DNA from: Thalia democratica
Lineage: Eukaryota
Reading direction: 5' to 3'
Assembly: GCA_965202585.1 (NCBI GenBank)
Contig: OZ241833.1
Location: 44,206,001-44,270,000, forward strand
Length of the DNA stretch: 64,000 nucleotides
Shown: one piece after another, positions 1 to 13,579 of the stretch
Numbering within the stretch: position 1 is the first letter of the stretch
Layout: each line of letters opens with the position of its first letter
Translations under genes and position numbers: made by a program
Notes under the pieces: generated by a model
Seen by the model: only the letters and a program-made list of their open reading frames with translations
Told to the model about the DNA's origin: nothing
The model's database searches: none

Positions 1-112
1 AGTTCTTTAAAAAGATATCTTTGTAGTTAAACTTCTGCAATAGCGTTAAACTCAATGTAATTTTGAAAAACCCTACTAATGTGTTTTAAATTGATTATCC
101 ATTTAAGATAAA

Positions 113-250
113 ATTGGTCGGCTAACGGCCTGCGAGCCATCCGGCTCCTGAGTTCATAATGACCGAAACTTATGTGGAACTCGGCCGGCGAAAGGAAAAG
201 TGCAGACCGAGAGCATCTGAGTCTTTCCTGGTGAACCTGATTTTAAAATT
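113..250. other. GC-rich island with several self-complementary stems; candidate structured RNA or mobile-element end
   Basis: Stems seen by eye: CGGCCTGC(126-133)/GCAGACCG(202-209), GAGCC/GGCTC(134-147), GAGTTC(150-155)/GAACTC(177-182) enclosing CATAA/TTATG. No match to any RNA family I recognise. Confidence 0.25.
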
Positions 251-1699
251 CACTCCTTGTATTGTGGATTTAAAATGCAGATCAAAAAAAAAAAGACAAT
301 TCACGGTAAATTTTTAAATTTAAGTTTTACATAGCATAGAAAAGATTTCATGAGTTTAGTCGAAATAAATCGCAAAATCAAGTTGTTTTTGTACTTTAAA
401 CGTATTTGAAATGCTCAGGCGCGCAAAAGACTAATTTTTTACACATCTGAACTTTAGACTTCCGCCGACTGAAACTTTAAACTTTAGATTACACTGCAAC
501 TAGAGTAACTCATTTTGCTACGTAATAAATTTTCTTGCTAAATGTCAGTTTTGAATTTTTACGATTTGTTGTGAACAAAAAGTAGTCGTTGCGGCTGACA
601 AACTTAAAAGTCAGTCTGATTTGCATATTTGCTGAGTTATCTAAAAAAGTCTTCTTTTTTAATTTTTAATATTAAAACCTTGTTTTTTATTGTTTTTAAT
701 CTATTTGGATTAGGTTTGTTAGGAATAAGGTTTTAAATATAACAATATATAGCTTTAATATACATTATAGATAAAAAAAACAACTAAGGATTCGAGTTAA
801 GAAGTTTTTCTCCCGCAGCAGTTTAAAAAAGAAAAAAAAAAGCATTCATGTAAACCTAGCAAGATTGAGTTTTACTAGAGTAAGACTTTTTTACAATGCT
901 GCTTGCGAGCAATTTTCTTGAAAATTTTCTTGTAAAAGGCTGCCGACTTCTGTTTTATAAACAGAACTAGTTAAAAAACATATAGAAAAATATTTAGGAA
1001 TGACGTAAAATAAGCTTTTTTAACTTCTAAAACGTTTTTAAATATTTTATAACAAGTTAAAGCCACTTCAAAACTTAACTTGATGTTTTAAAACAAGTTG
1101 ACTACCTGGTCTTAAAAATATTTTATTATTAGATAATAACTATTACTGTGTACATTTTATGAATTAACGTTTTTAAATGCCTTATTAATTTTTGCAATTT
1201 ACCAATTGCTATATGCTTGTTCAAATATATTTATTTAATTTAACTACTATGGATGTTAATTTGAGTATGCTAAATATTCTAGAGTTCTTCTACTGACTTA
1301 ATGATTATCAGTTAGAAAACTTTGTGGTAACAGATAATTTTCGATAACACTGAGAAATAAATACAACAAAGCTGTTTTAAATTAGTTTATTTTAAAACTT
1401 CTTATTCAAAAAAAGTAGATTTTTTGTTAAATTATTGGAGATTTTATTATAGTAAACTAAAAAAAACAGTTACAACAAATTAAATTTATACACAAACATA
1501 TAAAAAATTAACTTACAAATAATACAATAATTTTCAATAAACTAATGATATAAAGCTCACAAAAGTATTTCACAAAGTACTTTCAAACATTTCCAAGAAA
1601 AGTTACTTTATACCATGTAAAAAAAAGAACGAGTCAAATTAATTATGACTATCATGTCGTTTCGGGCATCGTCAACTACAACTATTGTACAATTTCTTA

Positions 1700-2010
1700 A
1701 AATTAATTTGTAATTAAGTTTTTAAGATACTTACTAAAATAGTTCAACAAATATTTTAAATAGTTTTAGCTTATATTTTTACATGAATTTGTACTATGTT
1801 GAAGTATGCTGTATTATAAGCTACATACACTTTCTTGTAAAACAAAAAAAAAGACACTCTAGAACAAGAATCAATACATACACTCTACAACAAATAACTT
1901 CTAAGTTAAACGATAGATTGAGCTTGTAAGACATAAAGATATTACAAAAATATATGAACAGTTTTCACACACAAATCCTGTTAAAAACTATGTAACAGAT
2001 AGTAATTTAT
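1700..2010 (+). repeat. Dispersed repeat, diverged copy of 14735-15045
   Basis: Shared colinear blocks, e.g. ACAACAAAT(A/T)ACTTC...AAACGATAGA(T/A)TGAGCTTGTAAG(A/G)CATAA and TGTAAAACAAAAAAA. Confidence 0.55.
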
Positions 2011-5000
2011 CTATCTAGTCCATTTCTTAAAACTGCACTTACAAAAAATACGGGGCAAACAATTGAATCCAACTGAAGTGTGTGCTTATTATAACAAGGG
2101 CCTGGTAAACAACTGACAATAACGCTTTATATTTTATGTACACACACCTAAGTTAGTTTTTAAACTACTTACGTTTTTTAACCTAATAGGTTTATTAAGT
2201 GTTTAGTTAACATATACTATAGCATAACCAAAAACGGATTATGTGATTAGAAAAGTGTATTTTACAATTAATAAATGTGAACAGAAAGTAACAATAAAAA
2301 CCAACACAGCAAGATAACAAATACAACTTTACTAACAAATCACCACAAAATAAAATTTCTCGGCTTAACAGTCAAATTTAAAACATACAAAATCGTTTCA
2401 CAAGTAACGAGTTTAATGACTATAAAATCAAGGCTGCAAGTAGCCAGAACAACAAACTCGAAACCAGCCGAAATAAATCAAAGCATAAGAAATTAAATAA
2501 AACAACATAAACGCTTGACTAATTACGTTCTCAAAAACGAGAAAACTCAATTAGCATCTCATTGTTCTCCCTAAAAAGCTTTTATTGGAATCACTGCTAA
2601 GTTTTTAAAACATCTTAACTGCTTTATAAGTTTTGTAAAGTCAGTTCAAGCAAAAACCTTTTTATTTATTTCAAAAATTCAGTTAAGAACATAAAAGATT
2701 AAATAAAACATTAACAAAGTATGCTACCAAATGAGTTAGAACATGAAAAAAAAAATAATAAGTAGTTGTGGTGCACTTTCTTCATAGACACACGCTCACT
2801 CTCCAGTTAAAGTAATCTTTAAGTAACTCCAGGCTCAAATAACCTCTACCTCTAGATTAGAGCAGCTATTTTTCATAGTTTTTTTTTGTTTAGGCTTTTA
2901 ATTTTTTTTTGTATTTCTCTAGTGTAAGTAAATTACAAAGTTCTTGATGCAAGTCTTCTCAAAAAAAGTTGTAGAGTTAATTATAGAATAAGTTAACTAT
3001 TAAAGTGTAATAACATAGTTCTTTTCTAAGAGTAAAGCCTAGAAAAGATGTTTTCTAACCTTTTGCTACTTGCGAATGATTTTTTAAGAGAAAATGGTAA
3101 TTTACTTAAACAAGCTCTGTAGTATAATTTCTGCATATTTAAAAATAAAACAAACAAAAGCTTAGCATGAAAAAAATTCAGAATGATGTTGATATTAGTT
3201 TTTATACATATTATCTTCTAAATTATTTTTACATTTTTACTTAAACATATTTACTAAACTTTTATTAGTTTTTTTTCCAGTTATTGTATCAAATGTTAAA
3301 ATTTTTTTAAATTAACTAAAACTTTTAAAATATTCATAACATTGCACAATTATTTATGTATTTGTATACTATTTTTAGGTAGCACTTAACAATTTACACG
3401 TATACTTTTTTTAAGTTATGCAATATACAACTTGTTTTTTCTAACCAAACAACATGCGTTTATTTATGATTATAACCAATTTTTAATAAATTTATACGCG
3501 CTTGTTTGAGCAGTAGTTCACCTGTAAGGCATTATGACGTAACAACGTGAAAATAGCAATTTAAAATTTTTGAGTGCGAATAAGAAACAGATGCTGTTGT
3601 AGTAAATATCTTTATCAGAAATATCTTGTTGTCCCTGGAATTTTTAAAGTCGCCTTTGGTGGCTATGCGTCAACTAATTTTAGTACAGTTATTCAAAAAT
3701 GAAATTTGAATAAGATTAGCTAAACTTCAAGTTTAAAAACAGTTGTTTTTTGTGTGTTATTCCTTAGCATTGTAAGAAAACTAATTAAGGCTGTTTAGTT
3801 AATCAAAAATTAGAAGTCAGTACAAATTTTTTACAAAAAAGTTTCCAATTTACTTAAATGTTATTAAAATAAATGTTTAAAAATAAATAGTGATGATTTA
3901 TGAGAATTTTGGTTAGCAAATAATCACAGTTTGTATGTTAACTTATGAATTTAAACTGTTAGTTATTTAAAAACTGTTGCAATGTGTTTTGTTACTTCTC
4001 CTATTTTGAGCTGTTTTTGATAAACTAAAACTTTCATCTTTTTAAACATGTCGTAATAAAAAATAGTTACCTAGAAAAGTAACTTAATTTCTACTGAAAT
4101 TATTGTGTTTAAAAAAACGCTTCCTCTTATTCTGTCTCCTTCTTTACAAAGTTTTCTGCAGAAGTTTAAAAGGTCATAAATATTAAAAGGCAATAAATAA
4201 GTTTTGTGCAATATATACGCTTACGTCTATCCATCTTACCCAATAAAAAACTTTGAATGAAATAGTTTACTCAATTAGAGCTTATAATTAACAGAAGTAA
4301 AACTTTGGCCTACTAGAGGATAATTTTGCTGATGATGATGCACAGCACACCAACAACCAACTCCTTAGAATCATTAAATATACCTAAACTTTTTGATAAG
4401 CTGAGTTACGCCAAACAATTTTAAGTTTTTTTTTTGCTAAAACAACTGCATAGCCTCTGCGTCTTATGTTTTTTTTATTACAGAACAAAATAACGTAAAA
4501 GAAAAACGAAAAACTTCAATTAAAATGCAAAGCAAAGCATAATAAAAAATTGTTCATATTTTCTCAAAAAGCTTCTTAATGAACCAACTTGTGCAGCTTT
4601 AAGTTTATATAAAGATGCAGTGTTTAGTTTAATATTTGCACGATACTCGTATGTTAATTAAAATATACTAATATATCGTAAAAGAAAAAATACCAATCTT
4701 AATTCATATACCTTCTTTTCTAGTATGTGTAAACCTTATTCATATCAATAAAAACAAAAAGTTTGAACTATATTATACATATAGATCGTTTTAACATTTT
4801 TAAGCAAAGAAGGTAGTATACTATTGTTTGTATGTGTAATTATGCTTTTTCTATTTTTGCATCTAAATTTTATTTTCTATAATCGAGCAAGTCTTATTAT
4901 TGCATAAAAACTTTTTTTAAACATAGAGTAAAAATATACAATAGCTAATTAATAATGATTAAATTAAATTAAAAAATTCTTTAGTAACAAGAAGATATTT

Positions 5001-5239
5001 AATAGCATTAAAAAAGATTATAATGAAGCATTAACTTCAACGGATATTATAGAATAAAAGGATATAATTCTAATAATAATAAAATCCAAAAGATTAAGAA
5101 AAATTAAAACCAATATAGGAAAGGGATTTTTGGATCTTGTCGGTCTACATTTTCCCAAAAACAATAAATTTCTCAAGAATTTTAAAAGCCATACAATCAA
5201 AATCTCGTACATCTGCTTGCCTAACATGAAAAACTAACA

Positions 5240-5434
5240 CAGTGCTTCTGAAATGGGGTTACGCGGAACCCTAGGGTTCCGCGACGCCTCTCAGGGGTTC
5301 CGCAAAGCGTTTCGAAATTTTAAAAAGAAAATTTATTTATTTAAACATTTTATGTAAAATTAAAATTAGGGCCTCCGCGGAAAAGTTGAACTTTGGAAAA
5401 GGGTTCCCCATTAGAAAAAGTTTCAGAAGCACTG
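5240..5434. mobile_element. hAT-type MITE (195 bp)
   Basis: Perfect 14-bp TIR CAGTGCTTCTGAAA/TTTCAGAAGCACTG flanked by a perfect 8-bp TSD AACTAACA (5232-5239, 5435-5442). Confidence 0.92.
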
Positions 5435-5459
5435 AACTAACATAATAAAAAATATTTTA

Positions 5460-6993
5460 GAGGTTGCAGACAGAACGAACAGAAAATGCAATTACCGAAA
5501 CAAGATGAAATTTTCATTTAATAGTGAAAGCCTTTTAAAAGATGTATAGTATAATTAAAAATTCTACAAAAAATTCTTGGTAAGCTAATATTTTGGCTAG
5601 GTTGCAGGCATCGTGTACAAGAGCTGCTACTAGAAAAAGTTTTCAATTCTTTAACCGTAGAAAAAACAACAACACCCGAGATAGAAGTCTACAAAATAAA
5701 AAAGTTTGCAAAATATTATGCAGCACTTTGATGGAAGCTATGTTTTTAATTTAGAATTTACTTCTAAAATTCGTCATGAAAAACAAAACTTTTGATTGCC
5801 TTGTCTGCGGGTGATTATAAAAAGATTCTCAAACTAGCCAAACATCGAACTTTAGCCCTCGCAAGGTTTCAATCTTCAACGTCCTGGAGCTGTTTCTAAA
5901 GCTAGATGGATGTACAAAGTCATTTACGCTCTTAAAGTAGTTTTGATTTTACAACAGAACTCATTAAAAACAATTTTAGACACCGCATGTTTAAAACAAC
6001 TGAAACGTTTTTTTTTACATAAACTGCTGTCTTCCCTATTGGATCAATTGTACTGTAGCTTCTTTAGCTCGTGGCAATGAGTTGGACCTATTAATCAAAC
6101 AAAAATACAAAAGTACTGATAAGTTATGTGCAACCTCTGCGTTAAGTACTATGATAAACCATCTCTGGTGTATTGTTGGAGAAATTGTTCCTATAAGTTT
6201 GTTTGATGATGATACCAGTAAATCAGTCAAAGCTAAGGTTGCTGATATCTAAATCATAAAACAAATCAGTAAAACGCCTAAACATTTAGAAAAAAAAACA
6301 ATGAGTTACCTAATCGTCATGTTTAATCTAATGAGAAGTAAGTTTTAGCAGAATTTATTGAAAGTAATTACATGCTCTTTTTTATCTTAGACTGCAGTCA
6401 TTCATTTCATATTAAACCGATAGAACAATGGACTAGCGACAAAGACTACTTAGAGGCAAGAGAAATACTTAATTACATGAAAGTAGTCAATGACGCCGTC
6501 GAAAGAGGTGTCAAATTGTCCAACGATTTTGTAATTTCGTCAAGAAATGAAGACACGTATCAAAATAGTTTATAATTTATCAAGGAGGATAGGAAGCAAG
6601 TACCAAACCTCAGAATTATGAATAGTTCAAGAAAGAAGATATTGTAACTCGTTTTACTTTCGAGTTTAATAAAATACTTCAATTCCCAAACGAAAAATTG
6701 TGGTTATTGGATTTTTTTAAGCGATAATGGTCTGAATAAATATTAAAAAATTTTTTTTTAAATAAGTAGTACAAGCTATTTGTTAAACTTTAAAAAAAAG
6801 TTAAAGAAAAATAAAATAAAATCGACCTTTTCCAAATATACCGAAATAAAGAAAAAATTTCAAAATTAATTAGCTCCAACATGCTTAAAGCGAGTTATTT
6901 AATGTCTATTTATGTGAATCCCCTATACCTACAAAAAATGGGTTGAGAAAAAATCTAAATTTTTCATTATTGATGGGCAACAGATGCACCCTA
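5460..6993 (+). mobile_element. Degenerate hAT-superfamily (hATm-like) transposase relic with right terminus
   Basis: Broken frames give FWLGCRHRVQELLLEKVF (from 5591; CxxH-type motif), FNLQRPGAVSKARWMYKVIYALKV (from 5868) and KVVNDAVERGVKLSNDF (ORF 6372-6575); ends in CACCCTA (reverse of TAGGGTG) at 6993. Subfamily assignment is from recall. Confidence 0.7.
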
Positions 6994-7235
6994 ATGTATA
7001 CAAAGCCACAGCCACATTTAAGGGATACATTTGTTAAAGGGAAGTTTCTTTCAAAACAAGATGGCAACAAAACAAGTACAGCTTCCTCAAGAAATTACAA
7101 ATAACAGTCCCGGCTAAAGTCACCTTATCAAATTCTCAAAAGATTGAATTCTATTGAATTCTCAAAAGTTAAGTTGCAAATGCTATTTAAAATCAAACTG
7201 CTCAGTACCCAGAATGGCAGACAAATTCTCTATAC

Positions 7236-8427
7236 CAGGGGTTCCCAACCAGGGATGGGGGTGCGAGGCAGCATTACAGGGGGTGCGAGATGGCTTTCCA
7301 TTTTTGTATGATAAAGAAGGAGATTTTCACTCTCTGATAAAGTTTATAAAGTTAAAAAGTACAATTTGTTATAAAAAGAAGGTGGCGCTAATTTTCTGAA
7401 TAAATAAGTTTTGTTAATACGTCATAGAGCAAGAGCGCTTTTCTAGAAGTAAATTCATTTTACTATTTTTAATAATAGCTGTTAGTTTATAATTAAAATT
7501 TCAGTAAAGCTTTCTTAGAGTTTTACACCTTTAATTATAATCATTTATTCTTTAAATATTTTATTTTCTTAACTGGCCATTAATTGTTTAAAACAGTGTA
7601 TGAGCTAGCATTCATAAATGCATAAATGCATTAGATATCATTTATAATGTAATCTTTTTTTAAGCTTAGTTGTACAGAAAGTGGTGCTTAAAGATTTAAC
7701 ATCAGTAAATTATAAATTATCAGCAATTACTGTGTGTTATACCATTTAATAAAACTTGTTTTTAGCTTTATTGAAACCAATTTTTATAAATCAGCAAAGG
7801 TTATCAACTTTATTTCTGTTCATTCCTTTTTTGAACTTAAACCGTTTACCTTTTTCAATCTACCTTTTTCTATTTATGTTGTAAGCATACAAACTTTTTT
7901 TGTATTTGCTTTTGTACATATCTTTTGACAACTTAAGACTAAACATCTTTTAATTTTTAAAAATCTTAACTTAAACCTTTATTATTTTGAAACCTCCTAG
8001 CTGCTAATAGTTTTGAAAATAAAAGATTACATAAGCTTTACTTAGAACAGCTGATTTTAATTTTTAAGTACATATATTCATAACAAAATGTATAAAAAGT
8101 TTAGTTTTAAGTTTTAGCCTAATATTTATCACTTTTCTAGTGCTTTTTCCTCACTTCTAATACTTTTTCAAATCTTAAAAAACTAAATGACGAAGTCATA
8201 GGATGAAGCATTGTTTTTGTATAAACTTTATGAAAAAAAAATTCATAGTAATTAACTTTTTTATTTTTCTTAGAATACAGTTTATTTAATTAGTACTTAA
8301 TCATGTCAAAGATAAGGAAGTGAATGATAGTTAATTAATAAATAGTTATAGCATATAGTGTTAGGGGTGCGAGACCAAATTAACAGACTTTAGGGGTGCG
8401 GGGCATCAAAAAGGTTGGGAACCACTG
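7236..8427. mobile_element. Non-autonomous hAT element (1192 bp)
   Basis: TIR CAGGGGTTCCCAACC/GGTTGGGAACCACTG, perfect 8-bp TSD CTCTATAC (7228-7235, 8428-8435), subterminal GGGGTGCGAG repeats at both ends. Confidence 0.9.
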
Positions 8428-9472
8428 CTCTATACGATATCTAGAAAGAATTGCTACTGTAGAAGCGGACAGAGATAAAGCGATTTATGTAAGAAAAGAA
8501 CTAACTTCCGTGTGCCCTTGTTTTATATCTAGTTATTTGTATTTCTTATTTATTTTTAGTAATTTTGTAAAGCTATTATTATTTATGTTATCCTAACTTT
8601 TTTTTAATCATTATTGTGAGTTTTTTTTTTTGAAGTGTTTTTTGATTTTGACGAGTGTTTTTGCTAACTTTTCATTTTAGAATTAATCAATGTTTTTTAT
8701 AATTACTTAGATACATAATTACAATGAGGAATAAATTACAAATTAATTAATTTCACGTTACTTGATCTTACGACAATATTTGAGTTATTTTATTGTTACC
8801 TATAAAACTCTGAGGATTTTTTTAGGAGAAAAAGTGTCAGCTAAAGTAACAATTGTCGAATAAAGTTATAATAAAGTTAAAGTACATTTATTTTGCACAT
8901 AAAAGCTCTGATTGTAAATTTTACTAGTGATCAAAGCTATTTAAGTTTAAATCTAAAGATTAACTTTTTCTGTACTTTTCTTATACTAAAATGCAAATAG
9001 TTTTAACTTAAATGTTTCTTTTTAGGTACCTAAAACGTTTTAAGTTAAAACACTTTTACCTTACTTAGTTTATTTGTAACTTGACATTTAGAGATCTTTA
9101 TACAGAATAATTAAAAAATCTTAACTTATAAAAGCTTGTTTGAGTATAAAGCTTTGCAACGAAAATGACCAATATATTGTTTTTATTTCAAGCATTAATA
9201 TAAAAAGTAAGCTGACAACTACAAGTACATAAAAACCTATTATAAAGATATATACAAAATAATAATAGACTTTTTCAAAAGAATTAAAAATATTCAATTT
9301 TAATTAGTTTGAAAGATATTTTGTCACTATGTTTTAAGAAGGAATACATATTTTCTAGAATATTACCAAACATAATATTTAAAAAAAAAACACATGATGT
9401 AGCTGTTTTCAAGTGTTTAAAAACTAAATATTTATATATATATATATATACATATTAAACATGTGTTTAGTG

Positions 9473-9713
9473 CTGAGTTTTCTAAAGTAGGCCGTGACAG
9501 ATACTCAGGGGGCAACGAGCAGCAAAGGGGTAAGAGGGGGGCCATGAGGTCATAATTTGAAACTTACACTAGATATTCTTGAGTTGCAGATGAAGAGAAA
9601 AAAAAGGTTTTGGTGTTTTTTATCGTAGTTTATAAGTAACCTTGTTGAAGGAGGCCATGGCTTTTTCAATTTCTTTAAAGGGGGCTATTTGCAAAAAATT
9701 TTGGGAAACCCTG
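9473..9713. mobile_element. hAT-type MITE, same family as 53695-54034
   Basis: Right TIR TTTGGGAAACCCTG, decayed left TIR, perfect 8-bp TSD GTTTAGTG; internal GAGGTCATAATTTGAAACTTACACTAGATA closely matches 53695-54034. Confidence 0.8.
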
Positions 9714-10154
9714 GTTTAGTGGTACTATTACAAAATCGCTCACTTATAACCAATAGTTACAATTATGTTAATAAAAACTTGTCAACTAACTTAAACAATA
9801 CTAGTTTTAAATTTTCCTCCCTAAAGAGTTAGTCTTTAAAGAATTTCTGTGCAAGTGCCAGTCATAAGTTTATTAACTCTAAATATATAAGTAATTTAAA
9901 TGAAAATAAGTTAAACTGACTTATATAAGTTCATACTTGAAATATTTTTCATCCACACAATAATCTGCTTATAAACAATAAGACTAAAAATTTTTAACCA
10001 CTAAAACTTAAACTAGTTAATAAATACAACTTAGATACAATAACTTGACATATAAGATTCTAGATTATCAAAATTAATGTATATCACTAAATTATGTAAT
10101 TTTGTGATTTTTATTCAATTCAAATTTTTTTAGCTATTTACAAGTCTACTTGCA

Positions 10155-12043
10155 ATGATAAAACTGTCATTGAAACTTGATGTTAGTTCGACCAAATTGC
10201 TACTTGGATTTGTTGGAGTGTCAGCTACATTTGGTGCTCTTTACTACTTGTCTCATCAAAATAAAACAAGCAAATTTTTAAAGAGTGGCGACGAAATATC
10301 CACAAGAGTGAAAGAGAAATCTGGTAGGTTGAATGGAAATAAAGCAGGGTCAGTAAATCATAACGTGAAAGTTGTTTCGAATATTAGTAAACTGCATGCT
10401 GAATATGATCATCACAAAACAAACTTTGCATGTGAAGGAATTCAGGCATTGGATAATGATTCGCTATCACTTAACACTGAAGCAACATTGACAAAAAACA
10501 AGGAAAATATGGTCAGTTTGGATGGATCTGATGTAGGATCTGATGTAGGATGTTGAGAATAATAGCAATAGTGAAACTAAAGATGATAAACCAGAAGTGA
10601 ATAAATATCCTGTGAGTAAAAAACCAGACGATATAAATCAAAAAGAGCCCAATGAATCCAATGATGCTCCTAATAGTCGTGAAGACGAAAATGTTGTTGG
10701 AAGAAAAGAAGAAACTACATTGGCAGTAGAATCAGCAGAAAAAGATATCGGAGAAGCTAATAATCCAAAAGAAGATACCAAAGACAATAAAAATGTTGAT
10801 AAAGTAAACCATTTTGTTCAACATGAAATCTCAAACAATAACTCTTCTTTAAGTAAGAAACCAGATAAATCAAAAGCAAAGGAACAAAGTAAAGCTAATG
10901 ATGCTCATGAAAGTCGTGAAGACAAAAATGGTTTTGGAACAAAAAAAAAGATCTAAATTGGCAGAAAATTCAATAAACTTTGAAGAGGTTCAGACTTTTA
11001 ATAACAATCAACAACTGCTTGATGGCGAAACAACAATCACACAAAGCAAGGACAAAATAGTCAGTTTGGATGAGTCTGATGTGGGATCACAGGTTGAAAA
11101 TAATAACAATAACAAAACTAACAAAAACAAACCAGAAAATAGTGATTCTCCTGTGAATGAAAATGCAGATAAACCTAGAACAAGAGAACTCAATCGAATC
11201 AATGATGCTCTTAATAGTTGTGATGACAAAAAGATTGCTGGAACAAAAGAAGAACCCCTATTGGCAAAAAAATCAACTGAAAAAGATACAAGAGAAGCTA
11301 ATAATCCACAAAAAGATACCAGAGACAACATAAATGTTGATGAAGAAAATCAAGTTGTTCAAAATGAAAACTCTAACCAAATAGCAAGCGATAAAGACCC
11401 AGCTAATTTTGATTATTTTCATAATAACTTGAAAAATTTTAGTCCTTATATCAATGTCAATCTGCAACAGTTTAAAAAACTACGTAACTTGCTCAACGAT
11501 CACAAAGGCGATAGAGCGAAAAGATTTAAAAGTTTTAACAATATTAAAGCTTTCTGTCTGACTTTCGGTGAAGTTTACGGTGAAATCCAAGAAGTTTTAA
11601 CTCACACAAATCTGAGATTTTTAGTAATGGAGATATTCAGTTTGAAAACAAATTTGTGGAAAGAAGTAAAATTTGTAAAAGCATCCAACTCAAGTTCAAC
11701 AGTTAGAATTGATTTCAAAGTGAGTGAAAACACCAAACAGTTAGTTGATGGAATTATTGAATTTTTAGAACAGCTTGAAGTAGCAGTATCTTTCGCTATT
11801 CAAAGTTTGGCATTATTATTTGAAATTATACATGGTGACCAGGCAGATAAAGCTAATGAGCGAAAAGAACTCAGTTCGAGTTTTTAATGAATACAAAGAC
11901 AACTTGAAGTCTTTTTTGAAAAACTTGAGAATTGTAAAGCGCTTAGTGTGGTTGATGATGTCAAAAACGACATGTTAGATATAATTAATTTGACTCGTTC
12001 CTTTTTTACAATGTATGAAGAAATTTTTGTTGGATGTGTTTGA
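10155..12043 (+). pseudogene. Frameshifted single-coding-exon gene: N-terminal hydrophobic anchor, duplicated N/K/E/D-rich linker, C-terminal helical domain (pseudogene or assembly indels)
   Basis: Consecutive ORFs 10155-10556, ~10552-10956 and ~10950-11887 join by +1 shifts. TM-like LLLGFVGVSATFGALYYL. Homologous GTCAGTTTGGATG at 10512 and 11060. Coding-like sequence continues to TGA 12041-12043. Acceptor TTTTTTTAG ends at 10133; AATAAA near 12198. Confidence 0.65.
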
Positions 12044-12699
12044 AAGTACTTTGTGAAATAATTTTATCAATTTTGTATTATGAATCTAGCAAAAAAAAAT
12101 TATGTTAATGGTTTGTTAATTCAGCACGTTTAGATATTAATTTATTATGTTGCATTTGTGTTTAATTTTGTTGTAGTGTTTTTGTTAATTTGCTGTAATA
12201 AAATCTCTGTTAATTAAAGAAAATTCTGCTTGTTTTGAATAGGAATAACTTTAAATAGTCAAACTTTAAAAAAAAAAATTTAAAACAGCTGTTTTATTGT
12301 TTTTTTTTGTGTTTACAATAGTAAACTTGTAACTCAAACCTTATAAGTATATAACTAATTATCATTAACTCAATACCATCATGAGAAGGAGCCGATAAAT
12401 TTAGCTTCCCTTTTTTCTTGAAACAACGATTCGTTAGTAGTCTAAATACTTTTGTTCAAGCATATACCAATTTGTAAAATGTCAAAACTAATAAGGCAGT
12501 TAAAAGCGTTAATTCATAAATTTCACTAAAATAAAAGTCATCATTTAACAGGGAACCAGTTCTAACCCGCATTCTATTTCCACCCCCATCAGTTCCCTCA
12601 AGGATAAATTCCAACACGAAACAAATCCCACCCATTCAGTTCTGACAGAAATAAATTCCCCTAATCATTTTTGCCCGTCACAGCACCACTTTGGCACAG

Positions 12700-12880
12700 T
12701 AACTTATTTTTGCATAATGTCAGTTTTGCATAGGTGTCGCATTTCCACGAACTACCACTGTTTTTATGACTGCACTTTGCACAAAGCGTTATGTATGCAT
12801 GGCATCAATTTTATTACTGGTGCAATACTTTGTGCTAGTCGTCACTTTTGCGCGGCTGACTTTTGTCGAAAATTAAATTG
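12700..12880 (-). repeat. Fragment of the TGCAAAAGTGAC-array repeat family (cf. 46140-46355, 55470-55960)
   Basis: Repeated GTCACTTTTGC / ACTTTGCAC / TTTTGCAT motifs. Confidence 0.45.
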
Positions 12881-13579
12881 ACTAAGTTGACGAAGTTCAT
12901 CTAACTATATTTGTAAAAATAATTAAACTAAAATTGTAATAAATTGAATTTTACTTTTTCAAACAGTAATTACGTATCATTCTAAAACTAAACTTGAATG
13001 TAAAACAAAAAAAATATAACATAAAACTAAAATGACACTAAATATAACTAAAAGCTAGTTGAAAACTATTTTAAGAAGAATAAAAACATATTAAAGTTTG
13101 TTATTATAAAAATACGTACTATTCAGGAAACAAGTTGTTCAATTTAAGTTTTGATTTTGGAGTAAATATTCTATTTTTACTTTGATATTCATTGTTTTAT
13201 TCTACCAGGACCGAATATTCACACTAAATTATACACTGTTATAGCAACAACGTTTTCATTCAAAAACAAGTCTGATAACATTTTAAATTTTTGAAATCAA
13301 ATTAACTGCTGAAAATAAAAGCAAACTATATTTTTTTATTTCACTTAAAGCCTGTAGGACACTTATGCAAAATCTTATTTTGCCTTGTGTCCAAATTTTA
13401 ATAACTTAAAGAAATTAATGTTAATCACTTGATATTATATTTTTCCTTTAAAAAAAACAACAAATAAATATAGTAAAACTAATTCCCTAAAAAACTATTT
13501 TTCACAAACAAAATAAGTGCTAATTAAAATGATTTTTGTCTTTGATTTCTTGATTGAACTGGAAATAGCTTGTTTATGG

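Noticed and set aside
11008-11467. Minus-strand ORFs 11008-11331 and 11273-11467
   Set aside because: Antisense shadows of the purine-rich plus-strand gene.
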